A stretch of 46,226 nucleotides of DNA from Patescibacteria group bacterium (GCA_022560375.1 JADFTK010000003.1:1-46226), one strand, 5' to 3'; positions 27,049-37,374 are shown, counted from the first letter of the stretch. Notes: generated by a model not told the origin, from the letters alone. Numbers and translations: made by a program.

Positions 27049-29571
27049 ATGAATAAAGAATTAGAAAAAACTTATCTGCCAAAAAAAATTGAATCCAGGA
27101 TTTACCAAATTTGGGAAAAATCAGGATATTTTAATCCCGATAATCTACCAGGCCCCAGAAAACAAACATTCAGTATGGCCATGCCGCCTCCAAATGTTAC
27201 CGGAGAATTACATTTAGGCCATGCTACCGCCCTGACCATAGAAGACATCCTGATCCGCTACCATCGCATGCAAGGCAAAAAAACCCTGTATTTACCAGGT
27301 ACTGACCATGCGGGAATATCCACCCAAATAATGGTAGAGAAATTAATCGCCAAATCAGGCTTAGACCGACATAAACTTGGCCGTGCCGCTTTCCTCAAAC
27401 AAGCTTGGGCCTGGAAAAAAAAGTATGGCACCCGCATTACCGGGCAGATTAGACAACTAGGGGCTTCCTGCGACTGGTCGAGAGAACACTTCACTATGGA
27501 CGAAACTTTTACGGCTGCTGTCCAAACTGCCTTTGTGCGCATGTATAAAGATGGGCTGATTTATCGCGGCGATCGTATCGTCAACTGGTGTACTAGATGC
27601 TCCTCAGCTTTATCTGACCTGGAAGTAAAGCACCAGCAAACTACCAGTAAACTTTGGTATATAAAATACCCTCTATTCGGTAGCACTAAGTATTTAGTAG
27701 TGGCCACCACCAGACCGGAGACTATGCTGGGGGATACAGCAGTAGCTGTTAATCCCCAAGACAAAAGATATAAACGCTACGTTGGTAAAACTATCCTGCT
27801 ACCTCTTACAAACAGGGAGGTCCCCATCATAACTGACAAGAGGATAGATATGAACTTTGGTAGCGGGGTTGTAAAAATAACCCCTGCTCACGATAATCTA
27901 GATTATGAAATTGGCGCCGATCATAAACTACCCATCATAAATGTAATCGGACCCGACGGGCGTATGACTAAAGAAGCTGGGGAATTCTACGGCAAAAGCG
28001 TCCAAGAAACCAGGCATCAAATTCTTCAGCGTCTAGAAGATGAGGAACTATTGGAAAAAACCCTTGATTATATACATAATCTGGCCCGTTGTGATAGATG
28101 CGGCTCTCCCGTTGAGCCATTAATTTCTAAACAATGGTTTATCAAAGCTAAAATTCTGGCCAAACCAGCTATAGCTGCCGTGAAGTCGGGCCAGATAAAA
28201 ATAGTTCCCCAACGATTTGAGAAGGTTTATTTTCACTGGATGAATAATATCAAGGATTGGTGCATTTCCCGACAGCTATGGTGGGGGCACCAAATTCCGG
28301 TGTGGTATCGAGGCGATCAGGTACGGGCTTCGATAACCAAGCCCTCAGGTCAGGGCTGGCGACAGGATGAGGACACCCTTGATACATGGTTTTCCTCTGG
28401 ATTATGGACCTTTTCTACCCTAGGCTGGCCAAAAAAAACTAAAGATCTAAAACTATACCACCCCACTTCCGTTATAGAAACTGGCTGGGACATCCTGTTT
28501 TTCTGGGTAGCCAGAATGACCATGATGAGTTTGTACTTTATGAAAGAAATTCCTTTTAAAACTGTTTACCTTCACGGGCTCGTCCTAGATCGGCACGGCA
28601 AAAAAATGTCCAAATCCAAAGGCACCGGCGTGGATCCGATCCCTATGACAGAGAAATATGGCACCGATGCTATACGTTTATCTTTGATATTAGGCACCAC
28701 CGCTGGGCAAGACTTTCGTGTTTACGAAGAAAAAATTGCTGGCTATCGTAATTTCATTAATAAATTATGGAATGTTTCACGCTTTATTCTCTCCCAGCCA
28801 AAATCAAAAGGTAAACTAATTTTAAAATCATCAGCCGATCATTGGATCATTAACCGATTAAACCAGTTGAAAAAAAATGTGGCTAGTAATATAGAAAACT
28901 ATCGCTTTTCTGACGCTGGCACAGCCATATATGAATTCCTCTGGCACGAATTTGCTGATTGGTACGTGGAAATCTCTAAAGTAGAAAAGAACATACCTAT
29001 TTTAAATTACATTCTAGAAAATTTTCTAAAGATTTCTCATCCGTTTATTCCCTTTGTCACAGAGGAAATATGGTCACGGTGGAAAGGGGGAGCGAAAAAA
29101 AATTTACTTATGATACAGGACTGGCCAAGCGACGATAAAAAACTGATTAATAAAAAAACTAGTGAGCAATTTCAGCTAATAATTAATCTGGTAACCAACA
29201 TAAGAAATTTCCGGGCTGTCCACAAAATTCCCCCGCGCGCCAAACTATCCGTTTATTTTTGGGGGAAACACAGTCATACCATCACCAGTAATTCTAATAA
29301 TGTTAAAACTCTAGCTTATCTAGACAAATTAGAGGGTCAAAAGCAAAGAAAAGCCACCGGCTCGTTACCCGGCTTAGAATATTTTATTGACTATAAGCAG
29401 GATAACCATAGCAAGAAAAAGGAGATAACCGCTGTCTCACAATATATACAAAAATTAGAATCAAAGTTGTCCAATAAAAAATTTCTGGCTAAAGCCCCGC
29501 CCGCAATTGTTAGTTCCGAAAAAGATAAACTAGCCGAACAGCGGGATAAATTACAAAAATTGCTTAAATAA
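27049..29571 (+). CDS. valS: Valine--tRNA ligase
   Basis: PPPNVTGELHLGH, TTRPETMLGD, DWCISRQLWWGH, KMSKSKG, C-terminal coiled coil FLAKAP. Confidence 0.97.
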   Translation: MNKELEKTYLPKKIESRIYQIWEKSGYFNPDNLPGPRKQTFSMAMPPPNVTGELHLGHATALTIEDILIRYHRMQGKKTLYLPGTDHAGISTQIMVEKLIAKSGLDRHKLGRAAFLKQAWAWKKKYGTRITGQIRQLGASCDWSREHFTMDETFTAAVQTAFVRMYKDGLIYRGDRIVNWCTRCSSALSDLEVKHQQTTSKLWYIKYPLFGSTKYLVVATTRPETMLGDTAVAVNPQDKRYKRYVGKTILLPLTNREVPIITDKRIDMNFGSGVVKITPAHDNLDYEIGADHKLPIINVIGPDGRMTKEAGEFYGKSVQETRHQILQRLEDEELLEKTLDYIHNLARCDRCGSPVEPLISKQWFIKAKILAKPAIAAVKSGQIKIVPQRFEKVYFHWMNNIKDWCISRQLWWGHQIPVWYRGDQVRASITKPSGQGWRQDEDTLDTWFSSGLWTFSTLGWPKKTKDLKLYHPTSVIETGWDILFFWVARMTMMSLYFMKEIPFKTVYLHGLVLDRHGKKMSKSKGTGVDPIPMTEKYGTDAIRLSLILGTTAGQDFRVYEEKIAGYRNFINKLWNVSRFILSQPKSKGKLILKSSADHWIINRLNQLKKNVASNIENYRFSDAGTAIYEFLWHEFADWYVEISKVEKNIPILNYILENFLKISHPFIPFVTEEIWSRWKGGAKKNLLMIQDWPSDDKKLINKKTSEQFQLIINLVTNIRNFRAVHKIPPRAKLSVYFWGKHSHTITSNSNNVKTLAYLDKLEGQKQRKATGSLPGLEYFIDYKQDNHSKKKEITAVSQYIQKLESKLSNKKFLAKAPPAIVSSEKDKLAEQRDKLQKLLK

Positions 29572-29612
29572 AAAAGGCAAGCCGTCTAAACAACTTGCCT
29601 TGGGCATCTGAA

Positions 29613-30095
29613 TCAGCCTTGAGCCAAACTCAGAAGCTCGGTGGTTAAAGCGTTGGGAAACGCCGAATTTACATTGGCAAAACCGGTGCCATAGCGGAAC
29701 TGATCGCCGCGAAAAATAAACTGGACCGTACCACGACCCAGTTTCAAATCAATCCCTAGCTCCTCCATAGGCGCTAAGACAGCAAGCTTCATACCCGAAA
29801 TACAAAGCATTGGATAATTATCGTGATCAGTTGACTCGGAAATTCCGTTGTCAAAAATGAAGGTAGCTCCATCCGTCACCAACCGCGGCCGTACAGCCTC
29901 ACCCTGCTCTGGATAAAACATATTCATGCAAAGCGCACACGACTTTAGAAAACTAACAACATTTTCTACATCAGGTACATCGGCACCACGACGGCTGGCT
30001 GCTTCAAGGCAATGGTATACTATGCCTTCAATTTTTGGAATAACTATGTTAGCATCCCACGCTTGAATCCTCATCTCTATTGATGGTGTTTTCAC
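29613..30095 (-). CDS. Hypothetical protein
   Basis: 160 aa; GTG start with AGGAG SD; own TTGACA-17-TAATTT promoter. Confidence 0.65.
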   Translation of the reverse strand: MKTPSIEMRIQAWDANIVIPKIEGIVYHCLEAASRRGADVPDVENVVSFLKSCALCMNMFYPEQGEAVRPRLVTDGATFIFDNGISESTDHDNYPMLCISGMKLAVLAPMEELGIDLKLGRGTVQFIFRGDQFRYGTGFANVNSAFPNALTTELLSLAQG

Positions 30096-30177
30096 ATCTA
30101 CTCCTATGTTTGATGTACATTATTTACAAAGAACGGACCATATAAATTAACATAACTACCATAGCATGTCAAGCTAA

Positions 30178-30212
30178 TAATAAAACTCCTTTTGAATCAA
30201 GGAGTTTTATTA
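30178..30212 (-). terminator. Intrinsic terminator
   Basis: TAATAAAACTCCTT / AAGGAGTTTTATTA inverted repeat. Confidence 0.75.
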
Positions 30213-30221
30213 ATCATTTTA

Positions 30222-30435
30222 TTATCTCTTGGCGCGATTTGACCTCGTTAAGTCAGCTTTGCCCATACCAGCATGCTTAGAGGCTTCACTAAATTCTCTC
30301 TCTTTCTCTCTTTCTTTCTTGGCACGATCTACCCCCTCAATCTGGTTCATCGACATTCTTTTTCACCCGATCTTGCATTTTTCTTATTTCTCTCTCCGGC
30401 TCACCAAAGCCAGAAAACCCTTCTTTATTACCCAT
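30222..30435 (-). pseudogene. Small charged protein (~70 aa) interrupted by one extra base
   Basis: MGNKEGFSGFGEPEREIRKMQDRVK continues as RMSMNQIEGVDRAKKEREKEREF...R* if one A is removed from GTGAAAAAGAATG; ends at a terminator. Confidence 0.4.
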
Positions 30436-30455
30436 ATGATTTAGTTATTATTTAT

Positions 30456-32255
30456 TTAGCCTGTTTCTTTAAATACCTCCTCTGGCGTGGTGACGCCTGC
30501 TGCTATTTTTAGTATACCATCTTGGAGCATGGTTAGCATCCCGTGCTTTTTAGCAATCTCTTGTATCTGAAATTCTGACACCTGCCCAGTCAATATTAAT
30601 TTCTCGATCTCAGGATTCATAGTTAAAATTTCAAAAATTCCAATCCGCCCTTTATAGCCTATCCCACTGCATTGATCACACCCTTTACCTTTTAAATATT
30701 TTATATTAGCACTAGTAATATCCTGACGAGTTTCCGTCGGGATAGTTTCTAAAATACCCTGTACTCTTTCCAGCTCTTCAGGAGTCGGGGTGTATTCCTC
30801 CTTACAATCCCCATGAATCTTTCGTACCAACCGCTGACCGATAATCACATTTAAGGCTGGGGCTAAAAGGAATGGTTTTACCTCCATGGATAATAAACGG
30901 GGGATAGCCCCAGCTGCGCTATTAGTATGCATAGTAGATAGCATTAAATGCCCGGTCAGGGCTGCCTGGATCGCAATCTCAGCTGTTTCCTGATCACGAA
31001 TTTCACCAACCATGACTATATCCGGATCTTGGCGCAACACCGCCCTCAAACCACTACTATAGGTGAAATGACGTTTGCCTCCACTACTGCTTTTCAGTAG
31101 AGCACGAATGTCCTCCTTCCCTTCTGCCGCATCAGATGCTTCTACCTGGCTCTGGGTTACCCCTTTTATGCGATACTCAATCGGATTTTCTAGAGTAATA
31201 ATTTTAATATCTGGCTTATTCAATTTCTTTAATACGGAATACAAGGTAGTTGTCTTCCCGGAACCGGTCGGGCCAGTAGTGACAATCATACCATTGGGCC
31301 GCTCCATTTCTTTTTTCATGACATCATAAGCCGCACCAACCAATCCAATGTCTTCCAGCTCCAGCCCGGTTGCTGAGGACATGAGTAAACGCATCACTAT
31401 GCTTTCACCATAGGCACTGGGGACGGTAGACACACGTACGTCTATATATTCATCTCCCAAATAAATCGTAAAACGGCCATCCTGGGGCACATTGGTAATA
31501 TTGATTTTTAATTTAGCTAATAACTTTACCCGGTTAACTACTTTGGGCCATAATTCTTTTTTTAATTTAGCCACATCATACAGGGCACCATCTATGCGAT
31601 AACGAATTTTTACATCATTTTCTTCGGCCTCAATATGAATATCCGAGGCATTCACTTGGATAGATGCGGCCAAGATTATAGTAAATAAATCGCTGGTGGA
31701 AACCTGCTGTATTTGCTCGTCTAAATCACGAAAGGAACCAATCTTACCTTTATATTTTTTTAGGTCCTCGGGGGATATTTCAACGCCGGATATTATTTTT
31801 CTTGGTCGGGGCAGCGTGGCGTAAAGCTTCATCGCTAATTCATGGCTTCGTTCGGAAATTTTATAAATATTCCCCCCGCTACGGGTCGTTTTTTTTATAT
31901 CCTCAAATAAAGACAATACTCGTTGTGCCTGTGGATCTACCGCACCCATCCGCACCTCGGTGTCAGTCTTTAAAAAACATATAGCCTTAATCTCCCTAGC
32001 TACTTCTTCCTCAATTAATAATAAAGCTTCAGGGCTAATCGGGAAACCCTTCAGGTTGATATACGCTAGGCCAACATTTTCCGCCTCCCGTAAGGCAGCT
32101 TCTTCCTTTCTCTTCTCGTCAATTTCCTTTATCTTCCTTTCCAGTTTTTCTTCAACTTCATCAGAGCTTATGTGTGCTTTTCTCTGGCGACTCTGAGACA
32201 TCTTAATAAGATCGTCAACACTCTTTTCTTTTTTGGATTGTATATCATCATCCAT
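30456..32255 (-). CDS. GspE/PilB-family type IV pilus assembly ATPase
   Basis: ASDIHIE, RYRIDG, PQDGR, GPTGSGKTTTLY, LRQDPD..MVGEIRD, GHLMLSTMHTN, GYKGRIGIFE. Start at MDDD, which follows TATACT. Confidence 0.93.
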   Translation of the reverse strand: MDDDIQSKKEKSVDDLIKMSQSRQRKAHISSDEVEEKLERKIKEIDEKRKEEAALREAENVGLAYINLKGFPISPEALLLIEEEVAREIKAICFLKTDTEVRMGAVDPQAQRVLSLFEDIKKTTRSGGNIYKISERSHELAMKLYATLPRPRKIISGVEISPEDLKKYKGKIGSFRDLDEQIQQVSTSDLFTIILAASIQVNASDIHIEAEENDVKIRYRIDGALYDVAKLKKELWPKVVNRVKLLAKLKINITNVPQDGRFTIYLGDEYIDVRVSTVPSAYGESIVMRLLMSSATGLELEDIGLVGAAYDVMKKEMERPNGMIVTTGPTGSGKTTTLYSVLKKLNKPDIKIITLENPIEYRIKGVTQSQVEASDAAEGKEDIRALLKSSSGGKRHFTYSSGLRAVLRQDPDIVMVGEIRDQETAEIAIQAALTGHLMLSTMHTNSAAGAIPRLLSMEVKPFLLAPALNVIIGQRLVRKIHGDCKEEYTPTPEELERVQGILETIPTETRQDITSANIKYLKGKGCDQCSGIGYKGRIGIFEILTMNPEIEKLILTGQVSEFQIQEIAKKHGMLTMLQDGILKIAAGVTTPEEVFKETG

Positions 32256-32337
32256 AGCCCGAAGTATACCAAAATTGCTTACTATGGTAAACAAAAACAG
32301 GCCTATTATAGACCCGAACTAACCAGGCGACGAGAGG

Positions 32338-33477
32338 TCACTGTTTAATCAAATAGCTCTTTACTAAATCTAGGATTCTTTTCTCCGCCTCAATTAAATT
32401 ATCCGTGGGTAGGGAAAACTTTGTAAAATTTCTTGTCCCCTGTGGCCTAAATTCCTTAAATAAAGCGAAGCCATCTACTGCTTTTACAGTACTGACTATG
32501 GCTTTTATATTATTTTTACTTTCATATAATACCACCACGATATTGGCGTTAGGGGTATTTACTATAAGTTCATCAACTACTCCATCTAGGTCAGCCTCTT
32601 GAGCGCCTGATTTTTCAAAATCCTGCTTTTTCAACAGAGACCAGACAACTCTATTATTCATGTCTGTTTTTAGCCTAGCCAGGGTCCGCCCCCAGAGCTT
32701 CAAAGTATTAATAGACTTCGTTTGATACAGATGTTTAATTATTTCATCACGCCTGGCACCATTCTCTATTAATAAACTGCTAATAGCTAGTGACTTTGGG
32801 GTTACTGTTGTACTTTGGAAACTTTTTGTTTTGGATATTATGCCAGTCAATAAACTAGTGGCTATATATTCATCAAGGACTTTTTTTCTGAACTGCCCTA
32901 TCAGCTCATAAATTATTTCTGAGGTTGAAGTAGCTACTAAGTCCACAATGTTTATTTCTCCGAAGTACTCATTGGCAGGGTTGTGGTCAATATTTATAAT
33001 GGGGGTGTGGTAAAAAAATTCTGCATTGTCATCATAAATCTTACCCAGCGTCTCCAGAGTTGGGGCATCTAATATGATTATCAAATCATACTCATACTGT
33101 GATGCAGAGGTAGTAACGTCTCGCTCTTCAAAAAAACCTTTTTTGGGCGTGATAAAAATATTTAATTTTTTATCGTTGCTTATATCGTAGCTCAGTTCGT
33201 CAACAGATGTTCGGGAAACATCTAAGCTAATTATGAACTTACGCAAAGTGGTTAAATCTGAACGAATTACTTCCGTCTTAGGTAAAAACTTATTGGTAGG
33301 GGGTAAAGAAAATTCGCTGCACACCACCTTGGCTTGCTTGCCATCTTTCTCTAAGGCTAAAAAAAATGCTAGGCTTGAAGCAATTGCATCAGTCGATGGA
33401 TTAGCCGGTAAAACTATCACTATATTTTTACTCTTACCAATAAGATCGATTGCCTGTTGATTTATGGTCTTCTCCAT
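32338..33477 (-). CDS. DHH-family phosphoesterase-like protein with degenerate motifs
   Basis: NPSTDAIAS, IIILD, INIDHNP.N..FG..N, STSEI, ATSLLTGII. Confidence 0.8.
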   Translation of the reverse strand: MEKTINQQAIDLIGKSKNIVIVLPANPSTDAIASSLAFFLALEKDGKQAKVVCSEFSLPPTNKFLPKTEVIRSDLTTLRKFIISLDVSRTSVDELSYDISNDKKLNIFITPKKGFFEERDVTTSASQYEYDLIIILDAPTLETLGKIYDDNAEFFYHTPIINIDHNPANEYFGEINIVDLVATSTSEIIYELIGQFRKKVLDEYIATSLLTGIISKTKSFQSTTVTPKSLAISSLLIENGARRDEIIKHLYQTKSINTLKLWGRTLARLKTDMNNRVVWSLLKKQDFEKSGAQEADLDGVVDELIVNTPNANIVVVLYESKNNIKAIVSTVKAVDGFALFKEFRPQGTRNFTKFSLPTDNLIEAEKRILDLVKSYLIKQ

Positions 33478-33581
33478 ATCTCTAAATATCTAATTCAAAT
33501 TTTAGTAAATCCGTATAGTATACTGTGGCGAATTCTGGCTGTCAAGTTGGCTATATGGCCCAATTGAATTACAATGGATAC

Positions 33582-34019
33582 ATGATTAAATTATCTAATT
33601 CAGCTAAAGAAACATCTGATTTTGGGCTAATCTTAGCAAAAAAATCCCAAGGGGGAGAAATCTACTCTTTAGTGGGAGATTTGGGAAGCGGGAAGACCTA
33701 TTTTGCCAAGGGTTTTGCCCGCGGTTTAGGAATCGACCGCACAGTTCAAAGCCCAAGTTTTATACTCCTGAAGGTATATGAAGTAAAAAATAACAAAAAA
33801 ATAAAATATTTCTGCCATGTTGATGTTTATAGGCTAAACTCCTCTAAAGAAATTCTTGAGGTAGGCTTAAAAGAATATTTAGGCAAGGAAAACACCATTA
33901 CTCTAATAGAATGGGCTGATAAAATAAAAGATGTTCTCCAGGGACACACCACTATCAATATAAATTTTGAGTGGCTAGATAAGAATAAAAGAAAAATCAT
34001 TATAAAAAATCCCCGTTGA
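33582..34019 (+). CDS. tsaE: t6A biosynthesis ATPase TsaE
   Basis: GDLGSGKT, VQSPSF, HVDVYRL, LIEWAD. Confidence 0.93.
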   Translation: MIKLSNSAKETSDFGLILAKKSQGGEIYSLVGDLGSGKTYFAKGFARGLGIDRTVQSPSFILLKVYEVKNNKKIKYFCHVDVYRLNSSKEILEVGLKEYLGKENTITLIEWADKIKDVLQGHTTININFEWLDKNKRKIIIKNPR

Positions 34020-34055
34020 AATTCAATGAGGATTTTAATATTACCACTAAACCAC

Positions 34056-34328
34056 TTAACCTGCTAAAGCAACTTTCTGAGATTCTGCTTGCTGTCGGGA
34101 GACGCTATCTTCCACAACCATCTTTTTATTGGTGAGGGATACTACTTGCGACTGACTTATTATAAGTTCTTTAGTAAGTAAGCCTCTGATTAAATCAGTG
34201 CTTCGGACGTAGTACTGGGATATCATGTGAGTGGAGGAGTTCAACCCAAAATCAACTACCTTGCCTAGGTGTTGATTCGATCTGGTATAAACAGGTAAAT
34301 CAATTAGCTCCTGCTTTGTTAGGTTCAT
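34056..34328 (-). CDS. PRC-barrel domain protein
   Basis: LIDLPVYT.S..HLGKVVD...I. Confidence 0.75.
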   Translation of the reverse strand: MNLTKQELIDLPVYTRSNQHLGKVVDFGLNSSTHMISQYYVRSTDLIRGLLTKELIISQSQVVSLTNKKMVVEDSVSRQQAESQKVALAG

Positions 34329-35088
34329 GCGGTGCCTCCTCCTTGCTAGCTTCTTTTTTTAATATGTAAGATTGCTGGCCCACAGTAAATAGCGTAGATA
34401 CCAACCAGTATAAAGTTAAACCAGCTGGGAACTGAACGCCAAAGAACACCGTTATAATCGGCATAAAATACTTCATTTGCTTATTCAAACCAGCGGTCAT
34501 GCTCTCATCTTTAGCGCCAGGCACTTTGGGTGGTTGCTGCGAAGTAAACATCATTAATTGCCAAAATGTAGCTGCGCCAGCTAATAAAGCTAATACCCAA
34601 TTACCAGTCTTAGATAGGTCAAAAAATCCCAAAAATGTCGGGTCTATGGCTTGGGTAGTAAATATATCACGCATGGGGGTATATAAATGAGCCAGCTGTT
34701 CAGCCACTAAAATATTAGTTGTTGGATCTGTATCGGCCACCCCTAAAAAAGCACGATACAAAGCAATTAATATGGGCAACTGAATAAGAAGCGGCAAACA
34801 AGATGAAAATGGATTTACCTTATTCTCCTTATAAAATTTCATGGTCTGGCGGCCCAGCTCTTCCCGATCATTTTTATATTTTTTTTGGATCTCTTTTAAC
34901 TTGGGCTGTGTTTCCTGGAGAATTTTTTGGGCGCGGATTGAAGAACGAGAGGGGATATATAATAATAGCTTAATCAGTATCGTTAATATAATAATGGCCA
35001 CGCCTAAATTCGGGATGTAAGTGTAAATAAAAACTAATCCGTTAAATAACGGATCTAATAAAATTAGATTAAATATATCACCTATCAT
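34300..35088 (-). CDS. yidC: Membrane protein insertase YidC
   Basis: GVAIIILTILIK, QPKL.EIQ.KYK, NPFSSCLPLLIQLPIL, PAGLTLYW. Confidence 0.95.
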   Translation of the reverse strand: MIGDIFNLILLDPLFNGLVFIYTYIPNLGVAIIILTILIKLLLYIPSRSSIRAQKILQETQPKLKEIQKKYKNDREELGRQTMKFYKENKVNPFSSCLPLLIQLPILIALYRAFLGVADTDPTTNILVAEQLAHLYTPMRDIFTTQAIDPTFLGFFDLSKTGNWVLALLAGAATFWQLMMFTSQQPPKVPGAKDESMTAGLNKQMKYFMPIITVFFGVQFPAGLTLYWLVSTLFTVGQQSYILKKEASKEEAPHEPNKAGAN

Positions 35089-35344
35089 TTTGTTTCACTG
35101 GGTCGTAGCCCCCTTGGTTAAATGGATTACATTTGATTACTCTTTTCACTCCTAGCCAGATACCCCGCATAACACCATATTGCTCTATAGACTGATAAGT
35201 ATATTCAGAACAAGTTGGTCTAAATCGACAAAAACCATAGGGATGACGGTAAGACCATAACCCATGATCAGGAGATAACGTTTTCTGATATCCCTTAATC
35301 AGAAGTAATAATGCTTTTTTTAGTAGTTTATTTACTAATTTCAT
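35078..35344 (-). CDS. yidD: Membrane protein insertion efficiency factor YidD
   Basis: CRFRPTCSEY, RVIKCNPF..GGYDPV. Confidence 0.95.
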   Translation of the reverse strand: MKLVNKLLKKALLLLIKGYQKTLSPDHGLWSYRHPYGFCRFRPTCSEYTYQSIEQYGVMRGIWLGVKRVIKCNPFNQGGYDPVKQNDR

Positions 35345-35682
35345 ATAAATAACTTAGCCCGGGTAAAAAGATATTTTATTTGTTCTTCCAGTTCTGTATA
35401 TTTTTTACCCTTAATACTTGGCCGGGTAATAAAAATGATATCAAAACTATCCTTAACCTTGTCGGAATGAGCTGCAATAATGGCACGGATTCTCCTTTTT
35501 ATCAAATTTCTCTCAGTTGCCCGTTTACTAACCTTGGTCCCAACTATAATGCCAAAACGAGACCTCTTTAGCTCATTACGTACCTTTTTTAAAACAAGGT
35601 CTTTTGACTGGGTCACCATGCCTCGTCTGTGTATATGATGCCAATCCGCCTGCTTTGTAATTCGGCTATGTTGAGGCAGCAT
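35341..35682 (-). CDS. rnpA: Ribonuclease P protein component
   Basis: RFGIIVGTKVSKRATERNLIKRRIR; position after rpmH. Confidence 0.95.
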   Translation of the reverse strand: MLPQHSRITKQADWHHIHRRGMVTQSKDLVLKKVRNELKRSRFGIIVGTKVSKRATERNLIKRRIRAIIAAHSDKVKDSFDIIFITRPSIKGKKYTELEEQIKYLFTRAKLFI

Positions 35683-35687
35683 TCTAT

Positions 35688-35825
35688 TTATGGGGTTAAG
35701 GATTTCCTCCCCTTTTTTCTTCGGCGGGCCAAAATTTTCCGGCCATCTTTTGTTCTGGACCGTTTACGAAAGCCATGAACTCTCTTCTTGTGCTTATTCT
35801 TTGGCTGAAATGTCCTTTTAGGCAT
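35688..35825 (-). CDS. rpmH: 50S ribosomal protein L34 (not in ORF track)
   Basis: [45 protein letters not shown], 45 aa. Confidence 0.97.
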   Translation of the reverse strand: MPKRTFQPKNKHKKRVHGFRKRSRTKDGRKILARRRKKGRKSLTP

Positions 35826-35897
35826 GTCTTACTGCTAAACTTTTAAAAACTCCTTCAAAGTATATCAATAAAAAAATGTGTGGTCAATTTTTATTAA

Positions 35898-35928
35898 TTA
35901 TCCTCATAATATTAACAGTTTATTCACA
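35898..35928 (+). promoter_or_regulatory. DnaA-box cluster upstream of dnaA
   Basis: TTATCCTCA, ATATTAACA and TTATTCACA in tandem. Confidence 0.6.
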
Positions 35929-36009
35929 TTTTTATCACTCTTAAATATTTAATTATAGTATACTTTATGTTATTATAATGAATACTGTAAATTTATAGTT
36001 TTCTCTCAT

Positions 36010-37374
36010 ATGGATAATAAACAACTTTGGCAAGCAACGCTTGGCGAACTTGAGCTTTCACTTAGTAAGGCCAATTTTACTACTTGGTTCAAAAATACAT
36101 TTGTGTCTACCTACAATAGTGGGGAGGTTATTATAGGCGTCCCTAATACCTTCACCAAGACTTGGCTAGAGAACAAATATCATAAGAATATTCTAACCGC
36201 TCTGCAGAATGCCTCTAATAATAAAATTGCTGAGGTTACCTATAAGGTAGAATCTCCTCGCTCAGCCGATTTAGTAAACGCGACAAAAAAAACACCAGAA
36301 TCAACTGCGCCTATTATCGGGGCTGACGTTGAAGAGGAAGAGAAAAATGGTTTTGGGCTAAACGCACGATATACTTTTGAGTCGTTTGTCGTTGGCAAGG
36401 GTAACGAGCTGGCTCATGCTGCCTGTCAAGCTGTGTCACAAAAACCTGGCCAAGTATATAATCCTCTTTTTATCTACGGTGGTGCCGGCCTGGGCAAAAC
36501 CCACCTCATGCAAGCCATTGCCCACTACGCTCACAAACTAGCCGCGAACAAAAAAATTATTTATGTTACTTGTGAAAAATTTACCAATGATTTCATCCAG
36601 TCAATCACCAGTGGTACTACCAACAAATTCAAAAATTTTTATCGCTCTGCGGATATACTGCTAATCGATGATGTCCAATTTTTAGCGGGTAAAGAAGGAA
36701 CTCAAGAAGAATTTTTCCACACCTTTAATGCCCTACATCAAAAAAATAACCAAATTGTAATTAGCTCAGATAGGCCACCAAAAGCCATCCCCGCCCTCGA
36801 AAACAGGCTAGTTTCCCGCTTTGAGTGGGGCATGATTGCTGACATTGTCCAACCGGACCTAGAAACCAGGTCCGCCATATTAAAGGCTAAGTGTAGCGAA
36901 AAAAACTACTCTTTGTCCCCAGAAATTATTACAGCCATAGCCAAGTCTGTTCAAAGTAATGTCCGGGAATTAGAAGGAGCACTTAATAGGGTAATTGCCT
37001 TCCACCAGCTTAATAACACCCCCCCGACCATAGCATCAGTAAAAAACATACTCTCTAGCCTGTCGGAACACCAAAAGAGGGAAGGAGCCATAACCGGAAA
37101 ACAGATAATGACAACAGTGACCACATTTTTTGACATAAAAATAGAGGACATACTGGGCAGTAGCCGAAAAAAAGAGTTGGTGGTCCCCAGACAAATCGCC
37201 ATGTACCTAATGCGCGAGGAGGCACGCTCTTCATATCCAACTATTGGGCAGGAGGTGGGCGGTCGTGACCACACTACCGCTATGCATGCTTACGAAAAAA
37301 TAAAAAAAGCATATAATGATGACGAAAAGATCCGCCAAGACATCACCCTTATCCGGCAACGGCTCTACACCTAA
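36010..37374 (+). CDS. dnaA: Chromosomal replication initiator DnaA
   Basis: YTFESFVVG, YNPLFIYGGAGLGKTHL, LLIDDVQF, NVRELEGAL, GGRDHTT. Confidence 0.98.
   Translation: MDNKQLWQATLGELELSLSKANFTTWFKNTFVSTYNSGEVIIGVPNTFTKTWLENKYHKNILTALQNASNNKIAEVTYKVESPRSADLVNATKKTPESTAPIIGADVEEEEKNGFGLNARYTFESFVVGKGNELAHAACQAVSQKPGQVYNPLFIYGGAGLGKTHLMQAIAHYAHKLAANKKIIYVTCEKFTNDFIQSITSGTTNKFKNFYRSADILLIDDVQFLAGKEGTQEEFFHTFNALHQKNNQIVISSDRPPKAIPALENRLVSRFEWGMIADIVQPDLETRSAILKAKCSEKNYSLSPEIITAIAKSVQSNVRELEGALNRVIAFHQLNNTPPTIASVKNILSSLSEHQKREGAITGKQIMTTVTTFFDIKIEDILGSSRKKELVVPRQIAMYLMREEARSSYPTIGQEVGGRDHTTAMHAYEKIKKAYNDDEKIRQDITLIRQRLYT

Noticed and set aside
30229-30512. Plus-strand ORFs 30229-30444 and 30273-30512
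   Set aside because: Low-complexity CT-rich antisense of the minus-strand small ORF and the pilB end
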